A stretch of DNA of 64,000 nucleotides, taken from the NCBI GenBank assembly GCA_963804995.1, contig CAWDSK010000006.1, positions 1,312,001-1,376,000 on the forward strand, read 5' to 3'. The notes below the pieces were generated by a model. It searched no databases and had not been told where the DNA came from. It was given only the letters and a program-made list of their open reading frames with translations. This document shows positions 9,777-19,071 of this stretch, piece by piece. The number at the start of each line of letters is the position of its first letter. The first letter of the stretch is position 1. This stretch comes from an uncultured Acidobacteriota bacterium. GTDB taxonomy: Bacteria > Acidobacteriota > Terriglobia > UBA7540. Both the position numbers and the translations under genes were made by a program.

Positions 9777-11410
9777 ATGCTGACGAAAATAAGCCTCGCG
9801 ATTCTCACGCTTGCTGCCGGCCGTGGTGTAGCCGCGCCAGGGAACGCGCGCCCGCTGGCACTGGAAGATTACTACCGTCTCGTCGCCGTCATGTCACCGG
9901 CGATGTCGCCGGACGGGCGCTGGGTCGCTTTCATCAAATCGACCATTGTCGTGGCTGAGAACCGCCGCCAAAATGAATTGTGGCTGGTGGCAAGTGACGG
10001 GAGCACGCCACCCCGCCGCTTGTCCGATCCCTCGCTCAACGTCGCAAGTCCGCGTTGGAGCCCGAACGGAAAACTGCTCGCCTTTGCCGGCAGGCCCCGC
10101 TTTCGGCCGGCTTCAGGTGACGAGGGCGCTGCCATCTGGTTCTTGCGCATGGACCAGCCGGAGGCTGTGCCGTTCCACGTGCGGGGGGTTGGCGGCGTGC
10201 CGATCTTCAGCCCGGACAATCGCTGGATCGCCTTCACGCGCCGCGCCGCCCAACCCAAACCGCCGCAATACGCAAATGACCGGGAGCGCGTCATCCGCGA
10301 GCGTTTCCAGGGGCACGCCTATGATTGGATGAATGCCCGAGCGGACCAAATCGGCTATCTTCCCGACCCGCGCGATCCTGAGGCTTCGCCCGCCGAGGAG
10401 CTGTTCATCGTCTCGAGCGAAGGTGGCGAGCCGCGGCAACTGACGCATCTCGATGTCAACGTGCGGGGCGTAGCGTGGCGGCCTGACTCCGGAGCGCTCG
10501 CTTTCAGCGCCGACACCCACCAGCGCGATGAGTACAGCTATGAGCGCGCCGATCTGTTTGTAGTCGCGCTCGATGGCAAGGTCGAGCGGCTGACGGACGA
10601 TGGTTACAACAACGAGTCACCCGCCTGGTGGCCCGATGGGCGAACCCTCTGCTTCCGCCGCCAACTGGGATTGAGTGCCGTGATTGCCGCAAAGCAAAAC
10701 CACGGGGCGCCGGTGGATATCTACACAATCCCCGCAAATGGCGGGACAATGCAGAACCTTACGGCCGATTGGGATCTCCTGCCCGGCCCGCCGAACTTGA
10801 GTCCTGACGGCAGCTTCGTTTATTTCAGCGGGGGGATCGAAGGGAATGAGCATCTGTTTCGAGTGCCGTCCGGCAGATAACCCACGGTGACCGGCGGCTT
10901 ACGGGGTTCAGCCCTTCCGGGAATTACGGGACGATGGCCTTTGTCGCGACGGACAGCGCGCATTCGGATGAGCTGTTCGTGTCGGCGCTGGATGGCGGCA
11001 ACGAAAAGCAAGTCACGACGTTCAACCGGGCGCTGATGCAGGAGGTCCAACTCGCTTCCGCCGAGCGCATTCTCTTCCCGAGTAAGGATGGCACGCAGAT
11101 TGAAGGATGGGTACTCAAGCCTCGCGGGTACGATCCGGCGCGAAGTTGGCCACTGATCGTGACCATTCATGGCGGGCCGCACGGCGCCTTCGGTAACGAC
11201 TTCTCCTTTGAGCATCAGTTGTTGGCCGCGCACGGTTACCTGGTGGTCTACACGAATCCGCGCGGCTCGGCGACTTACGGAGAGAAGTTCCTTTGGGCCA
11301 CGTGGGGCGACTGGGGAAATCTCGACTATGCAGTGGTTCCACCGTTATCTGGAAAGTGCGGCGAGCGGAACGACGCAGTGAAGGGTTGGACAGAGAAATT
11401 CGCATCATGA
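9777..11410 (+). pseudogene. S9 (prolyl oligopeptidase family) peptidase pseudogene
   Basis: Signal peptide, SPDG propeller repeats, IHGGPH, NPRGS; frameshift near 10870; catalytic GxSxG region absent; native-like tail WFHRYL in another frame. Confidence 0.85.
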
Positions 11411-11751
11411 CGATTTAGGGGGTGACCCTCGGGTTTTAGTGGGACGTCGCGCGCTATACCGCGCGGAGCGCAACTTCTGGGACACGGCGCGCCTGGAAGC
11501 TCCTGCGCAGCAGAGGGACAAAATGTCGCAGCCAGGCGTCTCGGAGGTTCAGGGGAGTATCTCTGCCCATCACGCCTCATCTCGCCTCATGAACCCCCAC
11601 ACCTATCTTGTAAAGCGCACGTCATGAGGCTAACGGCAGAGGCCAAACGCCGGGTGCCACTCAACACCACCTTCTGCTACAATGCCGCCGAGCTTCCTGA
11701 CTGCTTCGCTGGCCGGGGAATTACGCCGCGCCGGCGACTCGTGACAATCGG

Positions 11752-12330
11752 TTGAGGTGCGGCTTAGTGGAACAAGACTTAGAGCTGCTCAAGCGCTGCC
11801 TGGCCGGCGAAAACTCAGCCTGGGAAGCACTGCTCAGAGTTTACACACGAAAAATTTATAATGTCTGCTACCGCTTTACGGGCAGAAGCGAAGAAGCCGA
11901 AGACCTGACTCAAGAGGTCTTCATCAAGGTCTTCCAGACGCTCGCGAGTTACGATGCCGCGCAGGGATCGTTTTCCACGTGGCTGCACCGTGTGGCGCGC
12001 AATCATCTGGTGGACCATTACCGGCGCACCAAGAAGGATCGCGTCACCTCCTCCATCGAAGACGATCTCGGAACCATTGAACAGAAGCCTGGTCCGGGAG
12101 TGGGGCCGGCCGCGCACGTAGAGGCTCGGGAGCGTAAAGAGCTGCTTCAGGGGGCGCTCGAAAAGTTGTCGCCTGACATGCGGGAGGCGGTCATTCTCCG
12201 CGACCTGCACGACCTTGACTACGATGAGATTGCCCAGGTCCTGGGGGTTCCGGCGGGCACGGTAAAATCTCGAATTAATCGGGGAAGATTGGAACTTGCG
12301 CGGGTCCTAAAGCGTATGGAAGGGTTGTAG
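11752..12330 (+). CDS. ECF RNA polymerase sigma factor
   Basis: AEDLTQEVFIK, FSTWL.RVARN, YDEIA..LGVP.GTVKSRINRGR; start perhaps GTG 11767. Confidence 0.95.
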   Translation: MRCGLVEQDLELLKRCLAGENSAWEALLRVYTRKIYNVCYRFTGRSEEAEDLTQEVFIKVFQTLASYDAAQGSFSTWLHRVARNHLVDHYRRTKKDRVTSSIEDDLGTIEQKPGPGVGPAAHVEARERKELLQGALEKLSPDMREAVILRDLHDLDYDEIAQVLGVPAGTVKSRINRGRLELARVLKRMEGL

Positions 12331-12384
12331 GGCCGGACAGGTTCCGGCCTTAATGCAAGGCCCCGCAAGAACGGGACGTGAGCC

Positions 12385-13068
12385 ATGACGCACCTGGAAA
12401 TTGAAAACCTCGCGAGCGAATACCTGGAAGGGCTCCTGGACCCAGCCAGCCGGACAGCCGTCGAGGCGCATTTGGCGCAATGTGCGGCCTGCCGGGAGCT
12501 GGTGGCGGACGTCCAGCACGTCGTGGAGTTGTGCCGGGTGGCCGAGCAATTGGAGCCCGCGCCCTGGCTGGTTTCGAAAATCCTGCTGGCCACGGTGGGG
12601 ACGCGGAAGCCCACCTGGCGCGAGCAGATCGCCGCCTTGTTCCGGCCGGTGCTTCTACCCCGGGTTGCGTATCCCGTGGCCATGACGGTTTTCGCGTTTT
12701 CGGTGATCGTCAACGCGGCCGGAATCAATCTGCGAAACCTGCAAATGGAAGACCTGAATCCCCGCACCTGGGTTTTCCGGGCCGATCGCACCCGGCACCT
12801 GATGACTGCGCATGTAGAGAAATTCATAGCCGACCTGCGGGTGGTCATAGAAGTTGAGTCGCGCTTCCGCCAGTTGCGCGACCAAACCCAGGGCCAGCAG
12901 GAGGAAGCAACCCCCAAGCCGGAGTCGCCTGCGGGTGGATCTTCCGAAGGTGCGCCCTCCGGTCAGAATCAAGTAGCGTCGGTGGATGGACTGCGGGTCG
13001 ATCCAGTCTCCCGGACAATCGGGAACCAAGCGGGATTCGTCGGGCCCGGAAGGAGAGTAATGCCATGA
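12385..13068 (+). CDS. zf-HC2 anti-sigma factor
   Basis: HLAQCAAC zinc motif plus TM helix, directly after the sigma gene. Confidence 0.9.
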   Translation: MTHLEIENLASEYLEGLLDPASRTAVEAHLAQCAACRELVADVQHVVELCRVAEQLEPAPWLVSKILLATVGTRKPTWREQIAALFRPVLLPRVAYPVAMTVFAFSVIVNAAGINLRNLQMEDLNPRTWVFRADRTRHLMTAHVEKFIADLRVVIEVESRFRQLRDQTQGQQEEATPKPESPAGGSSEGAPSGQNQVASVDGLRVDPVSRTIGNQAGFVGPGRRVMP

Positions 13069-13763
13069 AATGCGCCAATCACCCTCTCAACGATGCTTCA
13101 GCTTACTGCGGACAATGCGGGCGCTCGCTGTGCACCGATTGCAAACGCGAAGTCGGCGGAATGATCTATTGCGAGAGTTGCATTGCCGCGCGCTTGCAGT
13201 CTGGATACTCAGCGCCGTGGGGGCCCGGTACGGGTCCTAGCCCCGGTGTGGCGCTGGGCCTGGGATTCATTCCCGGCGTGGGCGCTATTTACAACGGTCA
13301 GGTTCTGAAGGGCATGGTGCAGGTCCTGATCTTCGGATCACTGATTGCCCTGAATGACCGCGTCCATGGCCCCCTGGATACCATCTTCGGGCTGGGCGCT
13401 GCGGCTTTTTACTTCTACATGGTGATTGACTCTTTCCATACCGCCAAGGCCATGCGTCTCGGCAAGCCCACGCCGGAGTGGTTTGGGCTGGGCGACCTGA
13501 AGATGAACGCGCCGATCGGCGCTGCCTTGCTGATTGGCCTCGGCGCGATGTTCCTGCTCGATAATCTCGGTATCCCGGTTTTCAGGGAGATCGGCAAGTT
13601 CTGGCCGGTGCTTCTGATCCTGGCAGGGGTTCTACTTTTGCAGCGGCGGCTCGGTGGGCCTAAGCCGGAAGCACCCGCCGCTCCAGTCAGTACAGTTGCT
13701 CTGGCCGCTCCTGAGAAGCCCTCTGATGGGCCCAGCAATATTCCAGGGCCGACGGGGATGTGA
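13065..13763 (+). CDS. B-box zinc finger membrane protein with LiaF-like (DUF5668) TM domain
   Basis: CANHP..CGQC..LCTDC..CESC; IPGVGAIYNGQ; FWPVLLI. Confidence 0.85.
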   Translation: MKCANHPLNDASAYCGQCGRSLCTDCKREVGGMIYCESCIAARLQSGYSAPWGPGTGPSPGVALGLGFIPGVGAIYNGQVLKGMVQVLIFGSLIALNDRVHGPLDTIFGLGAAAFYFYMVIDSFHTAKAMRLGKPTPEWFGLGDLKMNAPIGAALLIGLGAMFLLDNLGIPVFREIGKFWPVLLILAGVLLLQRRLGGPKPEAPAAPVSTVALAAPEKPSDGPSNIPGPTGM

Positions 13764-13766
13764 GGA

Positions 13767-13996
13767 GCAGAAGGCAGCGAGCGCTTGGCACGAGTCCCGA
13801 CAGAGTCGGGATAGGCAGCGAGCGCTGTGTGCGAGTCCCGACGGAGTCGGGATAGGCAGCGAGCGCTTGGCACGAGTCCCGACGGAGTCGGGAAAGGCAG
13901 AAGGCAGCGAGCGCTTGGCACGAGTCCCGACGGAGTCGGGAAAGGCAGAAGGCAGCGAGCGCTTGGCACGAGTCCCGACAGAGTCGGGATTGGCAG
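13767..13996. repeat. five copies of a 34-nt module within a (A/T)AGGCAG heptamer run (41/48-bp period)
   Basis: CGAGCGCTTGGCACGAGTCCCGAC(A/G)GAGTCGGGA x5, each after GGCAG. Confidence 0.9.
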
Positions 13997-14411
13997 CCGG
14001 CAAGGGGTCCGTTACCCGGGTCGAAACACGATACTTGACGAACAATTTGCGAGTTTCGAATTTCGAGTTTCGAATTTCGGCCCTTACAGGCTGTGGGAGA
14101 ACGCTCCACCGCGGACAAGCACCCGGCGCCCAGGGCGCTACCGTAACCACCCCGGCGCTCGGAGCGCCACCCCTCCTGAATCAGGAGGGGAGCTTTTACG
14201 GAACTCCCCTCCTCAGATGAGGAGGGGTGGCGCGCTGAGCGACGGGGTGGTGCTGAAAAGTTGAAAGGAGTGGTGCTGAAGAGTTTGAAGGCTGGTGCCG
14301 GCAAGGGTCTGCTAGCCGGGTCGAAACACGATACTTGACGCACACTTTGCAAGTTTCGAATTTCGAGTTTCGAGTTTCGGTTTTCGATATTCGAATTTCG
14401 GCCTTTACCGG
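13996..14411. repeat. two ~100-nt direct repeats (13996-14090, 14297-14411) bracketing a REP-like hairpin pair (14146-14257)
   Basis: CCGGGTCGAAACACGATACTTGACG twice, each followed by TTTCGAR heptamers; inner element also at 16110-16221. Confidence 0.85.
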
Positions 14412-14432
14412 CAGCCGGCAAGGAGAACCACC

Positions 14433-14684
14433 ATGTTAGGAATCGGCATTCTAATCGGTCTCATCGGCGCGGCCATGGGCGCCGCAATCGGCCTCCTGGG
14501 AGGGCTGTTCGGCCTCGGCATGGGACTGGTGGGTGCAGCCCTCGGCTTCATATTTCATCCTATCCGTTTGCTCCTGCTGGTAGCTGGAATCATCTGGATT
14601 TTGGCGGGAAGAAGCCGGGGGAATGTGCCGGCGGCGAAAACTTATCGTGACAACGCGGCCCACTTACCCCGCGGCTCCCATTGA
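14433..14684 (+). CDS. small Gly-rich membrane protein
   Basis: RBS AAGGAG; hydrophobic ORF within the operon. Confidence 0.7.
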   Translation: MLGIGILIGLIGAAMGAAIGLLGGLFGLGMGLVGAALGFIFHPIRLLLLVAGIIWILAGRSRGNVPAAKTYRDNAAHLPRGSH

Positions 14685-14758
14685 GGATTCGGCTGGTGTT
14701 GCGCTGGGAAGATGCATTTAGCTGTAGCGTGCCGATGTGTCGTGACACATGCCAGGCT

Positions 14759-14905
14759 TAACAAGCTGCGGAAAAACTCCGCAAACTGTCATCCTGAGGA
14801 GGCGAAGCCAACGAAGGACCTCTGTATTTGCTTGAAAGTTCAAATACCGGGGTCCTTCGCTGCGCTCAGGATGACAGCATTGGAGCGTTTTTCCGCAGCC
14901 TGTTA
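14759..14905. repeat. MITE-like shell enclosing a TGTCATCCTGAG...CTCAGGATGACA REP pair
   Basis: TAACAAGCTGCGGAAAAA / TTTTTCCGCAGCCTGTTA inverted ends, TA at both sides. Confidence 0.8.
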
Positions 14906-14936
14906 AGCCCGGTGCTACGAAGGCTGGAGGAAAATC

Positions 14937-15152
14937 ATGCACCTTGGTCCATTTATTGTCCCCCTGGGGCTTTTTGCGATGATCGTAATCATCGTGGCCA
15001 TCGCTTCGATGCGAAAGATGCGCGAGAAGGAGTTGGAAGCTCATCAAACGCTCCGCATGCAGGAGATGGAACACGAACGTAAGTTGAAAGAAATGGATAT
15101 CGAGAAGACCAAGCTGGAGCTGGAAAAGGCACGCATCGCCAAGCCCAGCTAA
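14937..15152 (+). CDS. small single-TM coiled-coil protein, paralog 1
   Basis: RBS GGAGG; TM then KELEAHQTLRMQEMEH. Confidence 0.8.
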   Translation: MHLGPFIVPLGLFAMIVIIVAIASMRKMREKELEAHQTLRMQEMEHERKLKEMDIEKTKLELEKARIAKPS

Positions 15153-15209
15153 AGATGGCGCAAGGCGCTGTCCGGAGTCTGGGTTGGCAACCTTAGGAGG
15201 TTTGGCAAC

Positions 15210-15434
15210 ATGGACGTCAATCCCCTATTAATTCCCCTCGTGGGAACAATCGCCAGCGCGGCGATGATCGTGGCCATCGTGGGAATCGTTTTTTGGTTCA
15301 AGGCGCGCGCGAAGGAGCTGCAATTCCATCAGGACCTGCGCATCCGCGAGATGGAACACCAGGTCAAGATGAAGCAGCTCGAAATCGAGCTCGAGAAAGC
15401 CAAGGGCGGCGGCGCTGGAACTAAGGCCGCGTGA
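15210..15434 (+). CDS. small single-TM coiled-coil protein, paralog 2
   Basis: RBS AGGAGG; TM then KELQFHQDLRIREMEH. Confidence 0.8.
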   Translation: MDVNPLLIPLVGTIASAAMIVAIVGIVFWFKARAKELQFHQDLRIREMEHQVKMKQLEIELEKAKGGGAGTKAA

Positions 15435-15478
15435 CGGCGAAACCTTTGTGGTCAAGCTTGCACGGGAGGTGACTCCGC

Positions 15479-15667
15479 ATGTCTCCGTTCATGATTCCAC
15501 TGGCCGTCTTCGCGATGGTCGTGCTGATCGTGGCCATCGTCCAGGTTGCCAGGATTCGCGACCGGGAACTGGAAGTCCATCAAAAGCTCCACGGCCTGGA
15601 GATGGAGCACCAACGCCAGATGCGGGAACTGGAGCTGGAGTTTGAGCGTATCAAGCATCAGAAGTAA
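15479..15667 (+). CDS. small single-TM coiled-coil protein, paralog 3
   Basis: RBS GGAGG; TM then RELEVHQKLHGLEMEH. Confidence 0.8.
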   Translation: MSPFMIPLAVFAMVVLIVAIVQVARIRDRELEVHQKLHGLEMEHQRQMRELELEFERIKHQK

Positions 15668-15718
15668 GATCGCTCGCGGAGCAAGGGCGGGGGGGCCAGA
15701 AGCCCCGGGGAAGAGACG

Positions 15719-15931
15719 ATGGGAGCGACACCACAACCGCCGATCCACCGCCACGGAGGACAAATGTTTCCCGTCCTCCTCATCATCCTGGGGGTCATGT
15801 TCTTGCTGGACCAGTTCGTACCCGGTTGGGGAATCGGCAAGACATGGCCAGTGCTGTTGATTGTAATTGGCGTCTTTAAGTTGTTGGACACAGGCCGGCC
15901 ACCGCGTCCGCCGGAAGGGCCGAGGGTCTAA
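15719..15931 (+). CDS. LiaI/LiaF-like (DUF5668) membrane protein
   Basis: LIILGVMFLLDQ...TWPVLLIVIG. Confidence 0.8.
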   Translation: MGATPQPPIHRHGGQMFPVLLIILGVMFLLDQFVPGWGIGKTWPVLLIVIGVFKLLDTGRPPRPPEGPRV

Positions 15932-15934
15932 GTA

Positions 15935-16335
15935 CAGGGAACAGGGAATAGGGAACAAGCGGCAGGGAACAGGGAACAGGTGGAAAGCGGAAGGCAGCGA
16001 GCGCTTTGTGCGAGTCCCGACAGAGTCGGGAAAGGCAGAAAGCAGAAGGCAGCGAGCGCTTGGCGCGAGTCCCGACAGAGTCGGGATAGGCGGAAGGTAG
16101 AAGACGGTAACCACCCCGTCGCTCGGCGCGCCACCCCTCCTAAATTAGGAGGGGAGTGGTTACAGAACTCCCCTCCTCAGATGAGGAGGGGTGGCGCGCT
16201 GAGCGACGGGGTGGTGCTGAACCGGAAAAGTGCTGAACCCGTACGGCGCTGACGAGTCAAAACTCGAAACCTGTTGCAGAAGCGGCGAGTTTCGAGTTTC
16301 GAGTTTCGGATTTCGCTTTTCGAGTTTCGATTTTC
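15935..16335. repeat. composite repeat tract: GGGAACA heptamers, two 34-nt modules, REP-like pair, TTTCGAG heptamers
   Basis: Same components as 13767-14411 and the arms at 55331-55411. Confidence 0.8.
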
Positions 16336-16359
16336 CGTAATTCCTGGCAAGAGGCTAAC

Positions 16360-18018
16360 ATGAGCGTCTATACCTACCGTCGCGGTTCAATCTTCTGGGC
16401 GCTGACTTTGATCGCCGTGGGCACGATCTTCCTTTGGCAGAATTTCAATCCCGCCATTCATCCCTGGCAGATCATCGCCAAGTTCTGGCCCCTGCTTATC
16501 ATCTTCTGGGGCGCCTCCAAGCTGATCGATTTCCTACGGGCGCAGGCCCACCCGGAGGCCGCTCCGGCGCCGCTTTTCTCAGGCAGCGAAGTGGTTCTAC
16601 TCATTCTGATTCTGGCGCTGGGCACGCTGGTTTCCAAGATCGTGTTGCGCTCCTCGCACCCGTGGGGATGGAACATCGATAACGATGAAATTGCCGGACT
16701 CTTCATGAATTCCTATACCTTCGACCAGACGTTTTCGCAGCCCGTCAAGAGCGGGTCGCGCCTGGTGTTGGATGACCAGCGTGGCGATGTGGAGATACGC
16801 GGCGCTGACCAGGCCGCCCTCGACGTGATAGCCAAGAAGAACATCCGCGCCGAAAATGGGGACGATGCCAAGAAACTGTCGGACCGCCTGAAATTCGAAG
16901 TCGTGGAGGAGGCCGGGCACTACGTGCTGCGCTCGAACCGCCACTCGCTCGAAGGAGTTTTGCCCCCTCTTGAAAACGGCCGGCTGGTTTCGACTGACTT
17001 CGACCTGCGCGCTCCCAAGGCCCTGAGCAGCGAAGTCACTTCGGAGCGTGGCGACGTCCAGGTGGATGGCTTGAAAGGGGACCAGACCCTGTCCACCCAA
17101 CACGGAGACGTGCGCGCCACCAACATCGAAGGTCTGGTAAAGATCCACAAGTCCGGGGGCTTGACGGAAGCCCGTGACGTGAAAGGCAGCGTGGAACTGG
17201 AGGGCCGCGGTGACAACGTGGAGATCGCCAACGTCTCCGGCACGGTCAGCGTCAACGGCGAATTCAGCGGTGACCTGGAGTTTCGCAATGTGGCGCAAAC
17301 CCTGCGTTACCATTCCAACCGCACCGATATGACCGCGCAAAAACTCACTGGCCGCCTGTATATGGAGGCGGGGTCGCTGGAGGTGAACGGCATCGACGGG
17401 CCTCTGGATGTGTCGACCAAGCAGAAGGACATCACAGTCGATGACTTCAAACACAGCCTGCGGATTGTCGACAGCAATGGCCAGGTTTCGCTCCAAACTT
17501 TCGTGCCGCCTGCGCACGACATTCAGGTGGATTCGAAAAACGGCGCCATCGAGCTGCGGCTCCCGGCAGGATCGAATTTTCAAATTGAGGCCAACTCGCG
17601 CCATGGCGAGGTGGAAAGCGACTTTGAGGGGCCCGGCTTGAAAGTAGTCAAGGAAGGGGAGGCAGCGTCCATCTCCGGAACTTACGGCAAGGGCGGACCC
17701 ATGATCCGCTTGAACACCGAATACGGCGCGATCCGCTTGCTCCATGCGGGCCCCCACCCGCCGGCGCCTCCGGCCCCACCGGCGCCGCCGAAGCCACCAA
17801 CCCCGCCCACGCCACCCACGCCTCCGGCGCGCCCCACTAAGACCGTAGCCACGTGGCGGCTGGATTCCCCCCTCCACCCTGCGCCCGCCGTCCATGGCCT
17901 GCGAGCGGTTTGCCCCATGGCTGAGGCCCGCGTGGCGCGAATTGCCGAGTTCGTTCAACACCTGGAAACACACCTCGAGAAATTTCGAGTTTCGGATTTT
18001 AGATTTCAGGTATTTTAG
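16360..18018 (+). CDS. DUF5668 TM domain plus DUF4097 beta-strand repeat protein with Pro-rich tail
   Basis: KFWPLLII N-terminus; repeated T..GDV motifs; C-terminus runs into TTTCGAG heptamers. Confidence 0.85.
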   Translation: MSVYTYRRGSIFWALTLIAVGTIFLWQNFNPAIHPWQIIAKFWPLLIIFWGASKLIDFLRAQAHPEAAPAPLFSGSEVVLLILILALGTLVSKIVLRSSHPWGWNIDNDEIAGLFMNSYTFDQTFSQPVKSGSRLVLDDQRGDVEIRGADQAALDVIAKKNIRAENGDDAKKLSDRLKFEVVEEAGHYVLRSNRHSLEGVLPPLENGRLVSTDFDLRAPKALSSEVTSERGDVQVDGLKGDQTLSTQHGDVRATNIEGLVKIHKSGGLTEARDVKGSVELEGRGDNVEIANVSGTVSVNGEFSGDLEFRNVAQTLRYHSNRTDMTAQKLTGRLYMEAGSLEVNGIDGPLDVSTKQKDITVDDFKHSLRIVDSNGQVSLQTFVPPAHDIQVDSKNGAIELRLPAGSNFQIEANSRHGEVESDFEGPGLKVVKEGEAASISGTYGKGGPMIRLNTEYGAIRLLHAGPHPPAPPAPPAPPKPPTPPTPPTPPARPTKTVATWRLDSPLHPAPAVHGLRAVCPMAEARVARIAEFVQHLETHLEKFRVSDFRFQVF

Positions 18019-18083
18019 GTTTTGGATTTTGGCAGTCGGTGCGGGGTCGCTATTTGTTCCTCAACTCTGAAGTGGCTCACCAT

Positions 18084-18130
18084 GGTAGCCACGGTGTCGC
18101 CGCGGCGACTTTTTCTGACCGTGGGCTTTT
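18084..18130. repeat. GGTAGCCACGGT REP family copy (target family of the IS110)
   Basis: GGTAGCCACGGT...CTGACCGTGGGCTTTT with a GTCGCCGCGGCGAC palindrome in the middle. Confidence 0.8.
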
Positions 18131-18242
18131 CTCTAGCGAAACACCCCAGCAGAATTGGCCCATCCCGCTAACTCCTCAAGTTTGATTTCTTATTCAAACG
18201 CAAAGTCGTATATAAATACGGGGACACCATCTGTGTATTCTT

Positions 18243-18770
18243 TTGAGCAGTGAATCACAGGAGACAGGAAGCATCGGTGTTATGGCCGAACGTCCGCCAC
18301 TCAAATTGCTAATTTCAGACCTCGCCAAGCTACTGGACTGGTTTGAAAAGAATTTGTGCAATCCGTGCCTTAAAGACCCGCGTGGGCATCAGGTCAAGTT
18401 TGATTGCAGTCGCTTCGCCTACATGATCAAGCTGGTAAGCTCCACTGGAGGCAAGGTTGCCAAGCCTTTAAAGATAGCGGACAAAATCAGAGCCGGGAAA
18501 AGGAGCAATGCAGATTTTGGGGGGTTCGATGCGGAACGGGCGCAGACGCTTTCTTGGATACCTTCGATAATCCTCCGTCCGACGATCATTGCGCGAAATA
18601 AGTCCTTGTTGGTCCCAGGCGACGAGCTTTATGTAAAAGAATTTGACAAGGCAGGCTACAAATACAAGGTTCTTTATTGTAAGAGAATGTCGCCGAACCT
18701 ACTTATTCCAATTTCGTCGTTCCCAAGGGAAAAGTTAGGAGCCCTTAACTCAGACATTATATGGCCATGA
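18243..18770 (+). CDS. putative PBECR-type (Barnase/EndoU/colicin/RelE-like) nuclease-fold protein
   Basis: DPRGHQVKF, FDAERAQTLSWIPSIILRP, LYVKEF, LIPISSFP resemble PBECR2/3 domains by pattern recall; lower GC than flanks; start may be ATG 18282. Confidence 0.55.
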   Translation: MSSESQETGSIGVMAERPPLKLLISDLAKLLDWFEKNLCNPCLKDPRGHQVKFDCSRFAYMIKLVSSTGGKVAKPLKIADKIRAGKRSNADFGGFDAERAQTLSWIPSIILRPTIIARNKSLLVPGDELYVKEFDKAGYKYKVLYCKRMSPNLLIPISSFPREKLGALNSDIIWP

Positions 18771-18882
18771 AAACAAAAAGGTTGCCGACTTTTGATCGAC
18801 AACCTCTTTGGTTCCTTATTATACCCAGGAACAACGGGGGAAGCCGAGTGCGACTCGGCAAGATCTTTCAATCGGCACTTAC
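18770..18882 (-). ncRNA. putative ~110-nt small RNA convergent to the nuclease gene
   Basis: TTGACA(18918-18913)-18 nt-TAAGAT(18894-18889); hairpin GCCGAG-TCGCA-CTCGGC; terminator GGTTGTCGA..TCGGCAACC followed by T-run. Confidence 0.55.
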
Positions 18883-19071
18883 ATAACTATCTTAAGACTA
18901 AGCCGGTTGGTTTGTCAACAATACTCCTGACAATTAAACTTGGTTAGTCATATGCACCAAATTCGCGGCGCGGGGGAACTAGCACCTTGATCGGGTCAAC
19001 GCTCGGGTAAATCCTTTTGAGACCGATGCCAGAATGCCCCAAGTTTCTTTTGCTTGAGGATTTAGGTGAAA

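Noticed and set aside
11717..11745. Autoregulatory ECF promoter GGAATT-N17-CGTGAC
   Set aside because: Plausible, but a single weak instance with no convincing second copy.
13767..13996. CRISPR array
   Set aside because: Intervening sequences are 7- or 14-nt heptamer units, not unique spacers; no cas genes in the window.
13415..14421. ORFs with repeated peptides (PSARCLL, GTRAKRSL, ERLARVPTES)
   Set aside because: Translations of the non-coding repeat tract, open in several frames on both strands.
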